64,000 bases of DNA from Patellaria atrata CBS 101060 (taxonomy: Eukaryota), in NCBI GenBank assembly GCA_010093705.1, contig MU006100.1, positions 346,745-410,744 on the forward strand. Reading direction: 5' to 3'. A program made the position numbers and the translations under genes. Shown piece by piece: positions 11,123-24,600 of this stretch (positions are counted from its first letter, which is position 1; each line of letters opens with the position of its first letter). The notes under the pieces are model-generated. The model was not told the origin of the DNA. It did no database searches and worked only from the letters and a program-made list of their open reading frames with translations.

Positions 11123-14100
11123 TGCGAAAGAATCTTGAGGTTGTAGAGGCGAGGAGTGAGGTTTGCGGGTGGAAGTAGTCTTTTTTTTTTGTTGACTTGG
11201 GTAATTAAACGGCTTGCTTCTTTGAGCTGCTGCTAATCCCGGGCCAATCCCCGATCCGAATGCGATTTCCTTAAGAGAAAAGTGAAAAGCTCCTTCCAAA
11301 AGTACAGTACAGTAGATGATACACAACAGTGACAACACTCTCCTATAAGCAAAACAAATGGTTGTGCCGCCTGCGAGCGGCGTGTTTCTTATTCCAAAGC
11401 TTCCCCTTCCCCTTCCCAGACACAGCTGGGGCAAAGCGGATGAGGTCGAGATTGAATGAGCACATCTACACGCATCGGTTGATTGGTGAGAGCTCGGAAT
11501 TAAGACTTCCGTGCAATGATCGCTTCGGCTTGACCCTTTGGGCTGCTGCAGCTCATCCTCTTTTCTCTCCAAATCAACATCATCACATACATATCGCTCA
11601 ATTCTCCTCAATCCAGTCGATCCTTTACCTTTTCCTTTAACCTTGACCGCCTCGCTTACATCTGAGACTTGAGGAGAAATCTGCTTTTCTTAAGACGGAA
11701 CAAAACCACCTCAAACCGCTCAATTTCGATCACAGCTTACCACAGTACAGTTAACAAGTCACTTATCAGAGTCCCCTGCCAAGTGATGGGAGAAGATCTT
11801 CATCAGTCCCTTTCGAGACATCATCACCGTATCTCGGCTTGATCTTATCTCATCTCATCATCCCTCTTTCCCAACCCTTTACCCCGCTACGTCTTCATGC
11901 CCTCAATACACGAGCACGACATACTTTGCTTGCATACCTATGTGATCCTTAGAAACATGAGGAGTCTCCCCTTTTGTCTCCCGGATGTTACCGTATTAGC
12001 CATCTGCGACTGCACCAGTGGAGCGGAACTCACTCTTAGGCCAATATGGGAAGTACCGACTTGAAGGCATATGCCGCGGGGATGGAACATACCGTACTCT
12101 ATAGGAAACCGGAAGATGGAAACTACCGTTTACCGATACAGTTCAACCAGTTTTTCTTACGAATCGGTATCTATCGCGCATTTGAAGACCTATAGGTATT
12201 GCTTACGCTGTACTTTGTATGCATGGGAGAGAATAATATAAGATGTACTACGGACCAGACTTATATCTCCTCCTTCTTTGTTACTATTGGTAGTTCCGGA
12301 TCACTGTATCCCCGCTGTCCTCAACATGCTTACTATCAGATACGGCTCCGTATGTGAGCGTACAGGTCTGTACAACCCAGGTCTGGGTATCTCTTGTTAT
12401 AAGTTCAAAGGTACCCTTGATAACTTCGGAATGGACCAGACAAACATCCCCGATAAAAGCAATACTCGGACGTTGAGGATGTCTATGTCGCGGAAAAACC
12501 CTGAACTACTCTAGAGAAGACCACACCCCATGGTATGATAAATTAATCACAAGCGTGCAAAACAGAATACCATGGGACATGATTGTTCTCTATCCCACTT
12601 TATCATAGCCTCTATTTCCGGATAAACCCCCCCCCCCCCCCTTTCTCTCCCCCGGCCCCTCTCGTGGTGTACACAGAGATGCATACTATGCGATAGGACT
12701 CCGCGTGTTAACTTGAAGGTCTGTATAGCTCAGGTCGCAGGTTATCTCTTTGTAACCGTACAGTCTCTCAAAAGCAGACCAATAGGTGGAGAGAACACTA
12801 CGATCATTTATTAAGACCGGACATGGTAGGCTTTATGTTCTCCTTCATCACGGTACGCATTGGTAGCGTACAACACTTGCTGTGTAGATCACGGGACGAC
12901 TGTATATCTACTCTGTTGAAATCCAACGCATGTAGTTTGACTTGGGAGTCTTGTGCTTGTAAGTTCACATTTCCCTGAAGTTACGGCGATGTAGGGGGAA
13001 CAGAGACATCAAACCAGTAAACGCTCGAGTTCAATAATGTCCGCATCGCACAGGACGCTTCGAATAATCTAGCTCACCATATACCAGGAGTACAATGGAC
13101 GCATGGGAGGTGTTGTATGTAACTATTGGCGAGAACATAAGATATATAACTTTTACTTATCTCCTACTGATTATGGTATACAAATTCTTTAATTATAGTC
13201 TTCAAACTGTCTCTCTCATCTTAGAGGCTGATACAATCCGGAGCAAGTCAATCTGAAGCATAGGGATGGTCTCATTTTGATATTGAACAACCATAAACCT
13301 TCAAATATCGGACGATAAACACGAGTTTCCTATCGTTAGACCCGTCACCAACATTTCTGATATCTTCTCACTCTTCATACTTTGCAAGTTCACCGATCAA
13401 TTCTGGGTAAGTATAATGTAACGGAATCCCCACACAGTCAGCTGGTTGTCTTGTCCTAGTCCCCCAGTCTCCGTTCACAAATTTGAGAATTCGTGGGATG
13501 TCTCCCCCGGACATTGCACGCTTACTATACCCACAAAAAGGCTTACTCTCAGATCTGCATTCACCGGCATCAACTAAACAGGATTGAAGCAATTGAGATG
13601 GTGAGTCTCGAATACATGCATAGGTCGACGGGATGAAGTAACTTTTAGGGTGATAATGTTCGATTCTTGTGTGAGATGTCAATTGGTGTTATGGCTCCCT
13701 TTATGGATCGTTTTAGGGAAGGAACGAAGTATGATTAGGTAAGAGCACTACAAGAGGGAAGAGTGCAGGGACTAAAGGTACATCGCTCTCTCAACCTCGC
13801 ACGCAACTTTATGATACCCCTAGATTCTAAAATCGAAATGTCGCCGCAAACTTTCATCAATTCAAGGGGCAATCGACTCATTGTTGAGTCGAGTAAGATG
13901 AAGATAGTAAAAGATATAAATTGGCAGAAAATCTAACAAAATCACTTGTCTTCAATCATGTCCTCGTTTACTTGCCAACTATTTTCGATCATCATCCTTA
14001 CGCATATTTTCAGCTCCATTCCACTTTTTCACTTATTCTTCAGGATTGCAATCGGTTATGGATCATACACTCGATCAAGCTCATTCCTGCAAAGGAACGT

Positions 14101-15830
14101 ATTCTGCGCTGCTCAATTAACATCTTTCCAAAGATACCCTAATGAGAATATAACTAAGGGCAGCCGCATCCTACCCAGATAGAGTACCAAGCGAGGTGGT
14201 ATCCACGGCTTTGGTAGATATTACTATTTTAACTAAAGCAAAAACCTCCGCTGACCACAAAACGGAGTTGAATCAATTCATACAAACCCAGTCACCTTGA
14301 CTCGACCAGCAAGATCTTACAGTTCTCTATAACCTACGGCTATTATAGCATTTCGAACCATAGAAATGTAAGAGGGTACCCCTGGAAGCAAGATCCCAGA
14401 CCATTCATTGCTTTACTCTCGCGAGGATCGAGTAAGAGGAGGAATTCAGAAAGCTGTCAGCACCCTTATCTGAAAGTCACCTGCTGATATGCTATTTCAA
14501 CTGCTGCCCGAGCTAGCATCTTCTCGCATAGTAGGGTAGGCTCAAGTAATAGTTAAGTATATTGAGAGGATGGGCTGGGGAGGTATATGGAGTTCTTCGA
14601 TATCTCCAGTATACCTGACTCAATTTTCCAAATCACTGGACTTTAAGCTCCGGAGGATTGCTGGGCTCGGCAGATGGACTGATAGTATGAAGCACGAGGG
14701 CGGCTACTGCAATTCGGTTGTCTGCTACTCCAACCTAATGACCCTTCAATTCCTGCTCACACACGGAGAGTGACGATCATAACTTACCAACGCCCCTTTT
14801 AAGGCTGTTCGACAATGTTGCTGGTATCTCGATCTCCTATTTTCTTCACGGCCAAAATCACTCATGCTTGCCTAAGTAATTCTTGACTTTTTCTGGAGAT
14901 AGGAGCAGAGGATAAAGGGGGCAAATAATTACGAATAACGGTCTCAGTTCGTTTAAGCTATGATGGCTGATGGCCAGACTGCTGAACAAACTGTTGTCTA
15001 AACGATTAGAGTGGAAGGGATATAACGGATTCGAAGAAAATATTAGGTTGGAAAATGGCTCGACATTTCATCTTTCCGACCCTTCGCCCGGTGTTAACGA
15101 TCCTATTCATTTTCAGAATCCTGTCTTTCGCAGCATGTTTCGTTGCGGTACTCTCCCATAACCATTGGCTTCACGAGTATCCCTTCGCCCTGTTAAAACG
15201 CTTTGATCCCATATCAGTAAGTTATTCACGGGTTGCATAACTAGGTACCCCGATGTGTTCCTCTCAGCCCTACAATATAGACTTTGCCTATACCCACGAC
15301 TGCCACTATTCTACGCTGTTCAATTGGCTCTCCGGATACCCGCAGGAACATATAAACCCTTCGACTTCCCCAACTACCAGGAATAATAAGGTGAAAGCAT
15401 GTCTACCCATTCCCTTGGTTAGTAGTTACTTTCAGGAGAACTGGCGCGTCATTACTCCTACACGGTGGATTGCTATTAGTAATAACTCACTCACTGTCGA
15501 CTGTGATACTCCCCGGATACACATCCCAATTACTCAAACTTGGAAGGGATACCATCGTTCCTGGGGAAAAGTACTGTGGTCGCTTCGACACGAAGGACCT
15601 TCACCGCACACGCTCTAGAAGTTCAGAAAAGCGAAAGATATGAAAGATAGTAGGAACAGAGAAGCATGACGATATGAACCAGCTTAGAAAGGATAGAAAA
15701 ATCCAAGACAACTTTAGAAACCTGAGAAGAATCGCGCTGTATTCGAGTTTGAATTTGGCTTATGGCGGAGAGTGGGCTTTCAGTGCTTTGACGGCATCCC
15801 CTTTCCCTCAAGTCTTCTAAAGCATCCTCG

Positions 15831-15858
15831 AAAAATAAAATAAAATAAAATAAAATAA
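15831..15858. repeat. (AAAAT)n microsatellite
   Basis: About five AAAAT units. Confidence 0.8.
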
Positions 15859-16983
15859 GAAACGTATGTATATGCCGAACTTATGGATATCATGAAACAC
15901 AGTTAACGAATCTCCCGCGTTTTGGTCCAAGCGGTTTCCATCTCAACTCATGCCGCGCACATCCAGATCCTGATACAACAGTTTTGTCTACAGGAATAGA
16001 AATCGATGGCCAAAACCCGTGTCTATCCCCTCAAATTCGTTCATCTTAATCATACCTCCCAGCGTAAGTTGTCAGCTTCATATTCATCATTCACAGTCCG
16101 CACATAGCTTTCTACACAGTCTGGGACACATGAGATGAATGTAGCGAGCGGAGGGAGGAGGGGATGCGTCACGCACTAGAACAGGATGTTCAGCTAAGGA
16201 CAGGGTAGGAGTTTGAGAGAGAGTTTTGAGGGTAGCGTGCGTATTTGCGTTTTTGGAAAGGTTTGAAATGGTTGAAAGGTGGTGATACTTGGGTAATAGG
16301 TGGGTAGTTGGGAATGACCGGATTCGGGAGTCTGGAAGAGAGGTTGGAGTTTGTCCTTCCTGGATATGATGGCGCGGTGAGAAGAGATGGTGTTTCCGTT
16401 ATACTATATGGGGTTGTATCGTCGGATGAATTATTGATATTTCTCACTGGTTATCATCTTATGAATATACCACCTCATACCTTCTCCCTCGCACTGTATC
16501 TTAGAACTACAGTACCCCTAGTTCTACCTAAAACCCCATCAACCGCATCTCGCGCGGTGTCGGGTTCTCGATCCTCGCACTCGACTAAGTTATCTAGCTT
16601 CCACACCGTAGCGTCGCATTTTGGTTCTACGTCATCCTTCAATGATTTCCCGGTTCCCCTCTCGTTCGCCAGAACCTCTGGTGAATAAGTAAGAGAAACA
16701 ACTCTAAAATTTAATCACACATCTTTCGATGGGCCGCTTGGTATGGTACCCTACCCAGTCCAACCACTATCCACCTCAACGAACAATCACCGAAACCGAA
16801 AGCGAGATGGCTGCAAACACACATGCGCGCAAAAGTCATTTAGCACCGAGGTACATACTCCGCGGGAATCATCCGATCCATCCGTTTGAGCGTTGAAGGG
16901 TTGAATGCTGCGGTATTTTAGATCTGTTTGTTTGTCTGGTTTGGGGCAGGAGGTAGTACGTGGAGGGGATATGGAGAGGATAT

Positions 16984-17005
16984 GGGTAGGGTAGGGTAGG
17001 GTAGG
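16984..17005 (+). repeat. (GGGTA)4 repeat, G-quadruplex-compatible
   Basis: gggtagggtagggtagggtagg gives four GGG tracts with 2-nt loops. Confidence 0.8.
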
Positions 17006-20000
17006 TTTGATGGGCGGAAAAAGAGGGAGGGAGGACGTGGGGCTCTGGGGGGAATGGAGAGTTGATGGTAGTATGGGAAGGGGAGGAGGGTTTGGGGGGT
17101 ATGGGAAGTGGTAGATGAGGAGGAGAGGAAGGCGGTGGATTGTGAGGAGAATGGAAGGCTAAAGGATGATAAGAGATGGTGCGTTACCGGGCGATTTGCT
17201 AATGCAGAGACAGCGGTACTGGTGGTAAGATTTTACTGCATGCGAATGGAAGAACGATGACTCCATTTTTACGGTATTAAGGTAGATATTTGAGAGCTTC
17301 TGAACTTGAACTTACCTACGGTACGTATTTGGGATGAAGCTGAAAATGGAGAGTGCGATGGGCTTGCCACTAACGAATGGGGACCAATAGCCGGAAAGGG
17401 AAAGTGCGAATACCTTAGTTAGGTATCTATACCGACTTCCATTGACGGTAACAACCAGAAAGCTACTTTGAACAATACCGAATAGGTTAGGTACCTTAGG
17501 AAATCATACAAAGAAATGGCCCGGCGATTCTTTGCATCCGCATCTCGTAAGGTAGTTCTACGAGCATGTTTGCGGCATACTCGATCATGAGTACACGCAT
17601 AACACATATCTTTGCATAGTGTAGAACTACTTATCCTAATATCCTCGAGGTTAGTTGTATCCTCAGCAGAAAGTTTCGTGCACACTATGGTGGTTACTAA
17701 GCTGTCAGAAGACGGCGACGTTCAACATAGACGGTTGCACCACCCTCGGGTAACATCCGCACAGATCTGTTGTCGCACATTCTTTTCCAGATGACGAGAT
17801 CGACTTTCCGCGCGGTTAGACTTATTACTATTGAGTGATCTTTCAAGCCATAACGCATGACGTGGCGAAGGGTGGTGGATGAGGGTCTTGGGTAAGGTAC
17901 TTGAGATCCGGCGGTAATATCCATTTGACCTGCAGATCGGGGGAAGGAAGTTCTGTGTGTCAAAATTGCTTTGAGGGTATATACCTTAGAGTCTCTATGC
18001 CATTCTTTTTCAAAAGGTTTGTGAATGTGTGACCCCCCCGATGAGCCGGTAAAAACATGTCGTTATCCACTCCGTCCTCCATACCTAGGCTCAACGTAGC
18101 ATCAATGGACTCTTTGATTTCTTTTATTTATACAGGTTCTGTCGTTGATGAGATAGTTGCTTTTGGAGTTTCATCTATCTGATCGATAGTCTATAATAAC
18201 CCAATCGAGCAGAGTTTAGCGAAAGACTTCGGCGAATAGACATTGTAAGGGTAAAGGGTGATTCTTACTGTCCAAAGAAAGAAAGAAAGAGTTGAGGCTC
18301 TAACATAAAGTTATTCTCCGACGATGTCCGATCGTAGTGCCGTTGCACGAACCGAACGCATAGAAATTCACAAGTCTTTCTTGCCATCGATGACCATGAA
18401 GCCACAACGCTCTTTTCTGTACGCCGAGCAGACGTTGTGATACAAGTCAGGATCCAAAGGTCACACAACCGGAAGGCGGGATCTGTGAAACGCAAGCATC
18501 TACATTTTACAAAAGGAAAAGGCGGGTGTGACCATCCAAAAGTACATATTCGAAACAGGATCAAGGCCGATAGCGGGATGACACGATCAACCGATCTTGT
18601 CCCTTGGATGATGATGAAGAATCGAGATCCGATCGGCTCGGAGGTCTCGGCAGTCTACCCTATCGCGGCATTGACCGTTTCCAGCTTAAATTTCTTAGAT
18701 TTCTCCTAGGTGATGAGGAGGCTTTACAAGGCGTTCTCTCAAGTCACTAACTGACTGTAGGCGGGAAATCTTCTGCACTCGCTTTACGCCACAGAAACCA
18801 TGCGAGAATCGTCGCACACTGTTCAGCTGAAGCCTGGTTGTTGGTTAATCATGCAGAATCACAAGATACTCAGGTACTGTGATATTGTAACCTTGCAGGC
18901 TTGCATTGATGCATCATTCTGACTCTTCGAAGGTAGCTGGCTGCATATCTTCGCATGGAGTTTTCCAAGGGGGGAAACGGAGCGGTTGGGGAAGTTCGAA
19001 GAGTCGTGAGAGTCCATCGAAGAATTTGCGGAAGGATGACCAAATCGCTCTAAGAGGAGGGTTGAGTCTTGGGTGGCTTGAGTATATCCGTAAATAAGGG
19101 CTCGAGAAGAGCTAACCTGGCTGGAATATTCCGTAAGCAGTGTTAGTTCTAAGCTAGTTATGGCGTTTCAAATATTCAACAAACAAGCGTTGAAAACTTG
19201 AAAGAGGTATTCAGCCAATGATGGTAGAATGGTGTTATCTTCAAATATCATGTATGGATCGGATGCTGGAAGGAAAGGACTGAAAGGGCTGAATGATTGT
19301 GGGTCTATCCCATTTCATCAGACTCCAATAATCGAGCAGAAGAGAATGGGTGGGATTTTCCTTTTATCATGCTATATGCATAGTAGCGAAAGGGTAAACA
19401 GTAGAAGTCAAAATTAGGGCATCATATAGCAGAATGAAGTAAGTAGTACAAACGAATGCTTGTTCTCATATGCTCTCGCTTGCGTTCTTGTACAGAACGT
19501 ACAGGGCTAATAGGCTGTACAGCGAAGGGTATTAATTGCTGATTTCTTGTTAACGAGACATGGGAGTGGGAGAAAGGAGCGATGTGCATACCACGGCAGC
19601 GGGTCCCTGCTAACGTTCGCTACGGCACCTGCAAACCGCCTATTCGGTCTCCTAAACCCCCATGATCCCCCATGATCCCCCCATGAAGGTTGATCATGAA
19701 ACGCCCCCGCCTGCTGAACAACGACCTTTCTTCTTCCACTGCCCATACCCAAAAGCGTCCAAAGCGTCTGCCACTTTACGGCGGGGAAAAGAATAAATAA
19801 AAAAATCCCTACAACCCTTTTCTGTACTGGGCCAACCGTCGTCCCAAGCCATGCAGACAGCAGTCCATTGAACAAGATGCGAGCTGGAAAACCCCTGGAA
19901 TCGCTTCTGCGTTGTCATCGTCACCCAAGAAAGGCCTGGCCTGACGATGACGGAGGGTGAAACGGTCAAGTTGTTTCTGACATATAAACAATCAATAGCA

Positions 20001-21529
20001 GCCGACATATATTGAACTTATTTCTTCTTCGTATGGTCTTGATATCCGGATCAGACCGCCAGAATCACTGATCCATCTTCGAAATTCTGAATCATGTCAA
20101 TCCGAGAAATCTAAGCCGTAAACGCTCAAACTAAGTGTGACGGCGTCATAGCAACATCCCACTAAGATCGTAGTCTCGTAGGAACAATTCTGAATCTATT
20201 CCATGCTGATCGATTGGCTTTGCATATGGTCGGATGTTCCTACCGAGAAGAAACGTCTCTCCCAAGCCTCACCGGTAGCTCTGCATCAGGTTGAAGTTTT
20301 AGGGGGCCCTTTCAAAAAGGCCAATATCAACGTGCGTCAGCCAGCCATGCTCTTCAAAATCCTCCAGAGAATTCTAGGCCACTCATGCGGCTCTGAGAGG
20401 ATCAACGCCTTTTTCCAGGGGAGCCATTCATCGTCACTCTTTAACCACTTCAGTCGTTGAAGATAGTTGTGCATGAAACGTTGAGTACGCCAATACAGCA
20501 ATGACCACACTTTGATATCATCACCATAGGCACGCACGACACGACACGGCTTGTCAAAAGAAGAATCAGTATAACTAACGAATCAAATAAAACAGACTTG
20601 GACGCTTCGTTGCAACAGGGGTCAGTTACCTCGCACTGGAGCTGAAACCCACGACCGCGGAATCGGGGTACTCGGCCCATTTAGCAATTTCAGCCCTAGT
20701 TTGACAAGTTTCTCGAGAGATCTCCATTTCAGACAGAAAGGGTGATTTTGGTGGAGAGGACGGTGAGGTAGAGTAGCAAATCGAACTTATCACTTTGACC
20801 TTCCGTTGCACAAGACGGTGTGTATACTTCTGTTTCTGTCCAAGGCATATCCACAATTGGCCCGGTGTCCGCAAGTCTACAATTACTATCACGGCACATT
20901 TTGTCACTTTGAGCATAGGGATGCTACAGTTTGACGGGAGAGGTGACTCTCAGTTTCACGGATCCAGTGGATAGTGGAGCAAATGGAAGGGCAGTGAATT
21001 GCAGGAAGAAGAGTCAAGACGTGTTATGTGAAGGTGTTAATGAGTGACAGATATAAAGACGTGCTGCTTCCTCAATCTGCCACGCCTGCAAAATCCAAAG
21101 GACTCAACAGTTCCTTTCATCAAATTGTTTTTGAACATTTGGACTGACGTCGATCACCTTGGATACAAAAGCCCTGAATCAATCACCACCGCCTTGGACC
21201 AGTACTTAATCAAGTGTACCGAGTCTCCTTTTCTTTTTCTTTCACCCGCACCTCAACCTACCACACAACTGTCAGCCAACCCATCAACACAACCAATCAT
21301 CATACCAGCACCCACGTTTCTCAGAGCAGCCGTTCAGTAAGGTAAGTGTTGTGTAAAAGGAGCAATGTCTCAACTATTTATGAAATTGACTTCCTCGCTC
21401 ACGCATCTTTCGAAATTGTAGCTCTTTATCCAGCCAGAAACATTTTCGAAGTACTTTTCTTGTACTCAGTTCTTCGTCGACTCTCTATCCCGTAAACTCC
21501 ACCGAATTCGCTCTCTCGACACTCTCACT

Positions 21530-21694
21530 ATGGCTGTCCCCGGTAGCTGTACTCATCGCTTCAAGTATATCAAGTCAGACACCAACTTGATCATGTGGAG
21601 TTGCAACCTATGTCACAGTGGTCCTCACTGGACCATCTGGGAATGCGAGTTATGCCGGCTAAAGACTTGCACGCCGTGCTGCAACAAGGCATAG
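21530..21694 (+). CDS. 54-aa Cys/His-rich zinc-binding microprotein
   Basis: MAVPGSCTHRFKYIKSDTNLIMWSCNLCHSGPHWTIWECELCRLKTCTPCCNKA*, with CxH plus three CxxC motifs. It is preceded by a candidate 5'-UTR intron at 21342-21421 (GTAAGT...TAG) and a pyrimidine-rich leader. Confidence 0.8.
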   Translation: MAVPGSCTHRFKYIKSDTNLIMWSCNLCHSGPHWTIWECELCRLKTCTPCCNKA

Positions 21695-24600
21695 GCGCAT
21701 CAATCCAGTCGATATCCTTGTGAGAATCATTCTTAGGTACGTTAAATTCGTCAGTTCTTTTTCGTTGTTTAAAAATGCAAGAAAATGCAAGAACCGTTGG
21801 TCGCATTAAATCCTTCAACATTACTTGTCGAATTTTCGCGATTTCATCACAGACTACTGTTGTTCCTGCATGTTGTTGCTCGGTGAAATCGTTCCAATCA
21901 AGATCTCGGGAGCGCCCTTGTAACCGATGCAGATAAAATCCTTTAGTCGATTACCAGTAAAATTCTAACACAGCATTTTGACAGGTTGTGCGAGAGGAAA
22001 ATAAAAAAGGAAAAAAGATTCAAAGCGAATATCGAACGGCCGTAACTTGACGGGAGGTGCTTGTTACTCATTTTCTTTACGCGACCGACGATCATTCGAA
22101 AAGGGAAATTTCCTTGTTGCACAACATGCTTACCGAGGAGCTTTTCGGCTGTGTCCCCAACCCGGAGGTTCCAGAGCTTCAGCATTACCCTAACTTTACT
22201 TACTTTACCCAGTATCTTTCCCTGCCGATAATCATCGAACTTTGCCCTTTTTTCTAACTACTTCGCATCTTCGCATCCAGACACGGCACACGATCACCTA
22301 AAACAGCAAAAACATTCGACAAGGGATCATAATCCTTCAACTTTTCCCCCAACTGTTCATGGCGTTACCCCTCAGGCAGCAACCCTAATCACTCTACCTT
22401 TTCCAATAATATCGGAGTCTCATGCGGTATTAATCATCGATACTAACCTCAGGCGGCATATCTAAACTTTTCCTTTCTTGTAGCTAATTCTCCCCCATCT
22501 TCCGGTCTCTTCCACAAAACGGAAAAACTCACAGATTTCGTCGTTAAAACGGATCGAAAAGCAATTGATTTCAGCAATGATATCCTAGACATGGGCATCA
22601 GGCGCTATGGTCGGTGGCTTGTGGGGCGCACTTTCTGGGAATCGTTCCGTTTGGTTTTCCTGGCTATCCGAAAGTAGCTCTTCTTGGGGGTATAATAGGT
22701 TCTCCTATTCAAAAATGGGGTAGAATTTGTCCAGTTTTCAAGCTCGGCGGCTTTCTTACATTCTCAGCTTTCTGCTGGAAGTACGTAACGATTTCTATTA
22801 TCGTCTCTCAAACATGTTATCTGGCTGTTGTCTGTTTCTTCGGCTACAATATGTATCGGTTACAGCCATAAGTTAGCACATATGGTCGGATCGACATGGC
22901 AAAAATAGGAAACAGCTGTCTTTCGACGACACGCCACTTTTGATATTGCAGAAATAGAATTCATGGTGTTGAAACGGAACGGACTTTCTTCAACATGGGT
23001 CGGCATTTTTTCAGTTTGCTTATTTCAGAACATGGGTAATCAATGGTCGATTTTCCCCCTTTCCTTTCTGTACGAATATTCCTTTATGCAAATAGTAAGG
23101 TAGACCACCATACAAAATCCGAAATTTTCTGGAATCAACTTCCTCATGAATCATGTCCTGGCCGTTTGCACGCTTAGCAGTAATCCATGCTAATTGGACC
23201 CGTGTGGTCTCGTGGCTGAGAATCCTATGAAAAATTGACCGCTCGAGATACCGTCCCGTCTGCTCTCCCGATTGGTGTAACCCGAAACGCCTCCGTAACC
23301 GTGTCTATATGTCTGAAAAAGGGACTATAGTAATTGACTTTTCGCCTTACTCACGTGATCATTCTCGCCGTTATCTGTTGCGTCGAGACATCCACACTCC
23401 CAGAGGCATCTTCCGCACGGCAGGAACATCCGTCTCGTCGGCTCCTTCGGAGGGAAAGAGCAAATACTTGAGCGCACCGTCCCGTCTTCGCCCCTTCTTC
23501 GGGATGAGATCATGAGAAAAGACGCGGAGTGATTGATATTAAGGCATTTCCCATGAGCTAACCATCACTCCATCTCATCATCCTTCGCATGAGTCGCGTC
23601 CGCAGCTTCTCAACGTCCATCCATCTGCAACCACGGCAGCAGACATCTACCTGAAAAACTGATATTGTGAGATACACATCATTGAAGGATTCGAGCTAGA
23701 GAGTAGATTTATAGTATTTGAAATTCCACATCAGAGATGCATACCTTAGACTAACCATACCTCCAAGACATCACCAAGCGAAAGGAGTACATTAGATATG
23801 ACTTGCAGATATTGTATCAGCACGAGCTTCCCAGCGTTCAACACGTCGTTCAAAGCTCCCAACACCAAATGTAAATCTCAACAGATCAGCATAGGCGACA
23901 AGCAACCCCTGCCGCATGGTCGAGAACTTGATCGACGTACCTGAAGAACCAACACCCATGCCCGTTCCTGAATATCTGCAACCATCAGCCACCATGCGAG
24001 GAGGGAAGAAGCAGTATTTTCACTTCTATCACACTCACCGTCCATGTTTAAACGGTCAAGCATCCCACCTTTCTCACATGCAACAAAAGGACCGAATTCC
24101 CCACTTCTGCACTTCTGCGTCACTCCTGTCCTGATCGACCTTGCAGTGTACAACTCATCAACCTTTTTCTGTTCTTATCAAGTGTACAACTTCAAAATCC
24201 AACAACCGCATCCTACGTCAGGTCCTTCGTCGAGTTCATGGACTCGAGACATCAATCTTCAAGTATGGAAATTTTCACGCTCACCGCCCAGTCAGCGGTC
24301 ACGATAGTGAGTCCATGCCCGTACAGCCCTACCTGGCTCTTCAGATATCTCCGACATCGCACGGAATCCCCATAGGGTATTGCATCCGACAGAACCACGA
24401 CGAAGAGGCAAAGACGGCAGGTTCAAGCACTCGAATCCTTCTCAAGGAGCAGGTAAAAAAAGCTGAAAGTGACGTAGAGCAGAGAAGTCTAGGTATTGCG
24501 CAGATCTATATACCTCATCCTTCATCTTTACTCTTGCAGGTTGTCTTTTATCCTGGATCATCTTTTCTAAACAGTCGGTATTTCTTTCCCTAATTAGATA

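Noticed and set aside
23792..24593. Several overlapping 70-150 aa ORFs
   Set aside because: No domain, consistent frame or splice structure that I can support.
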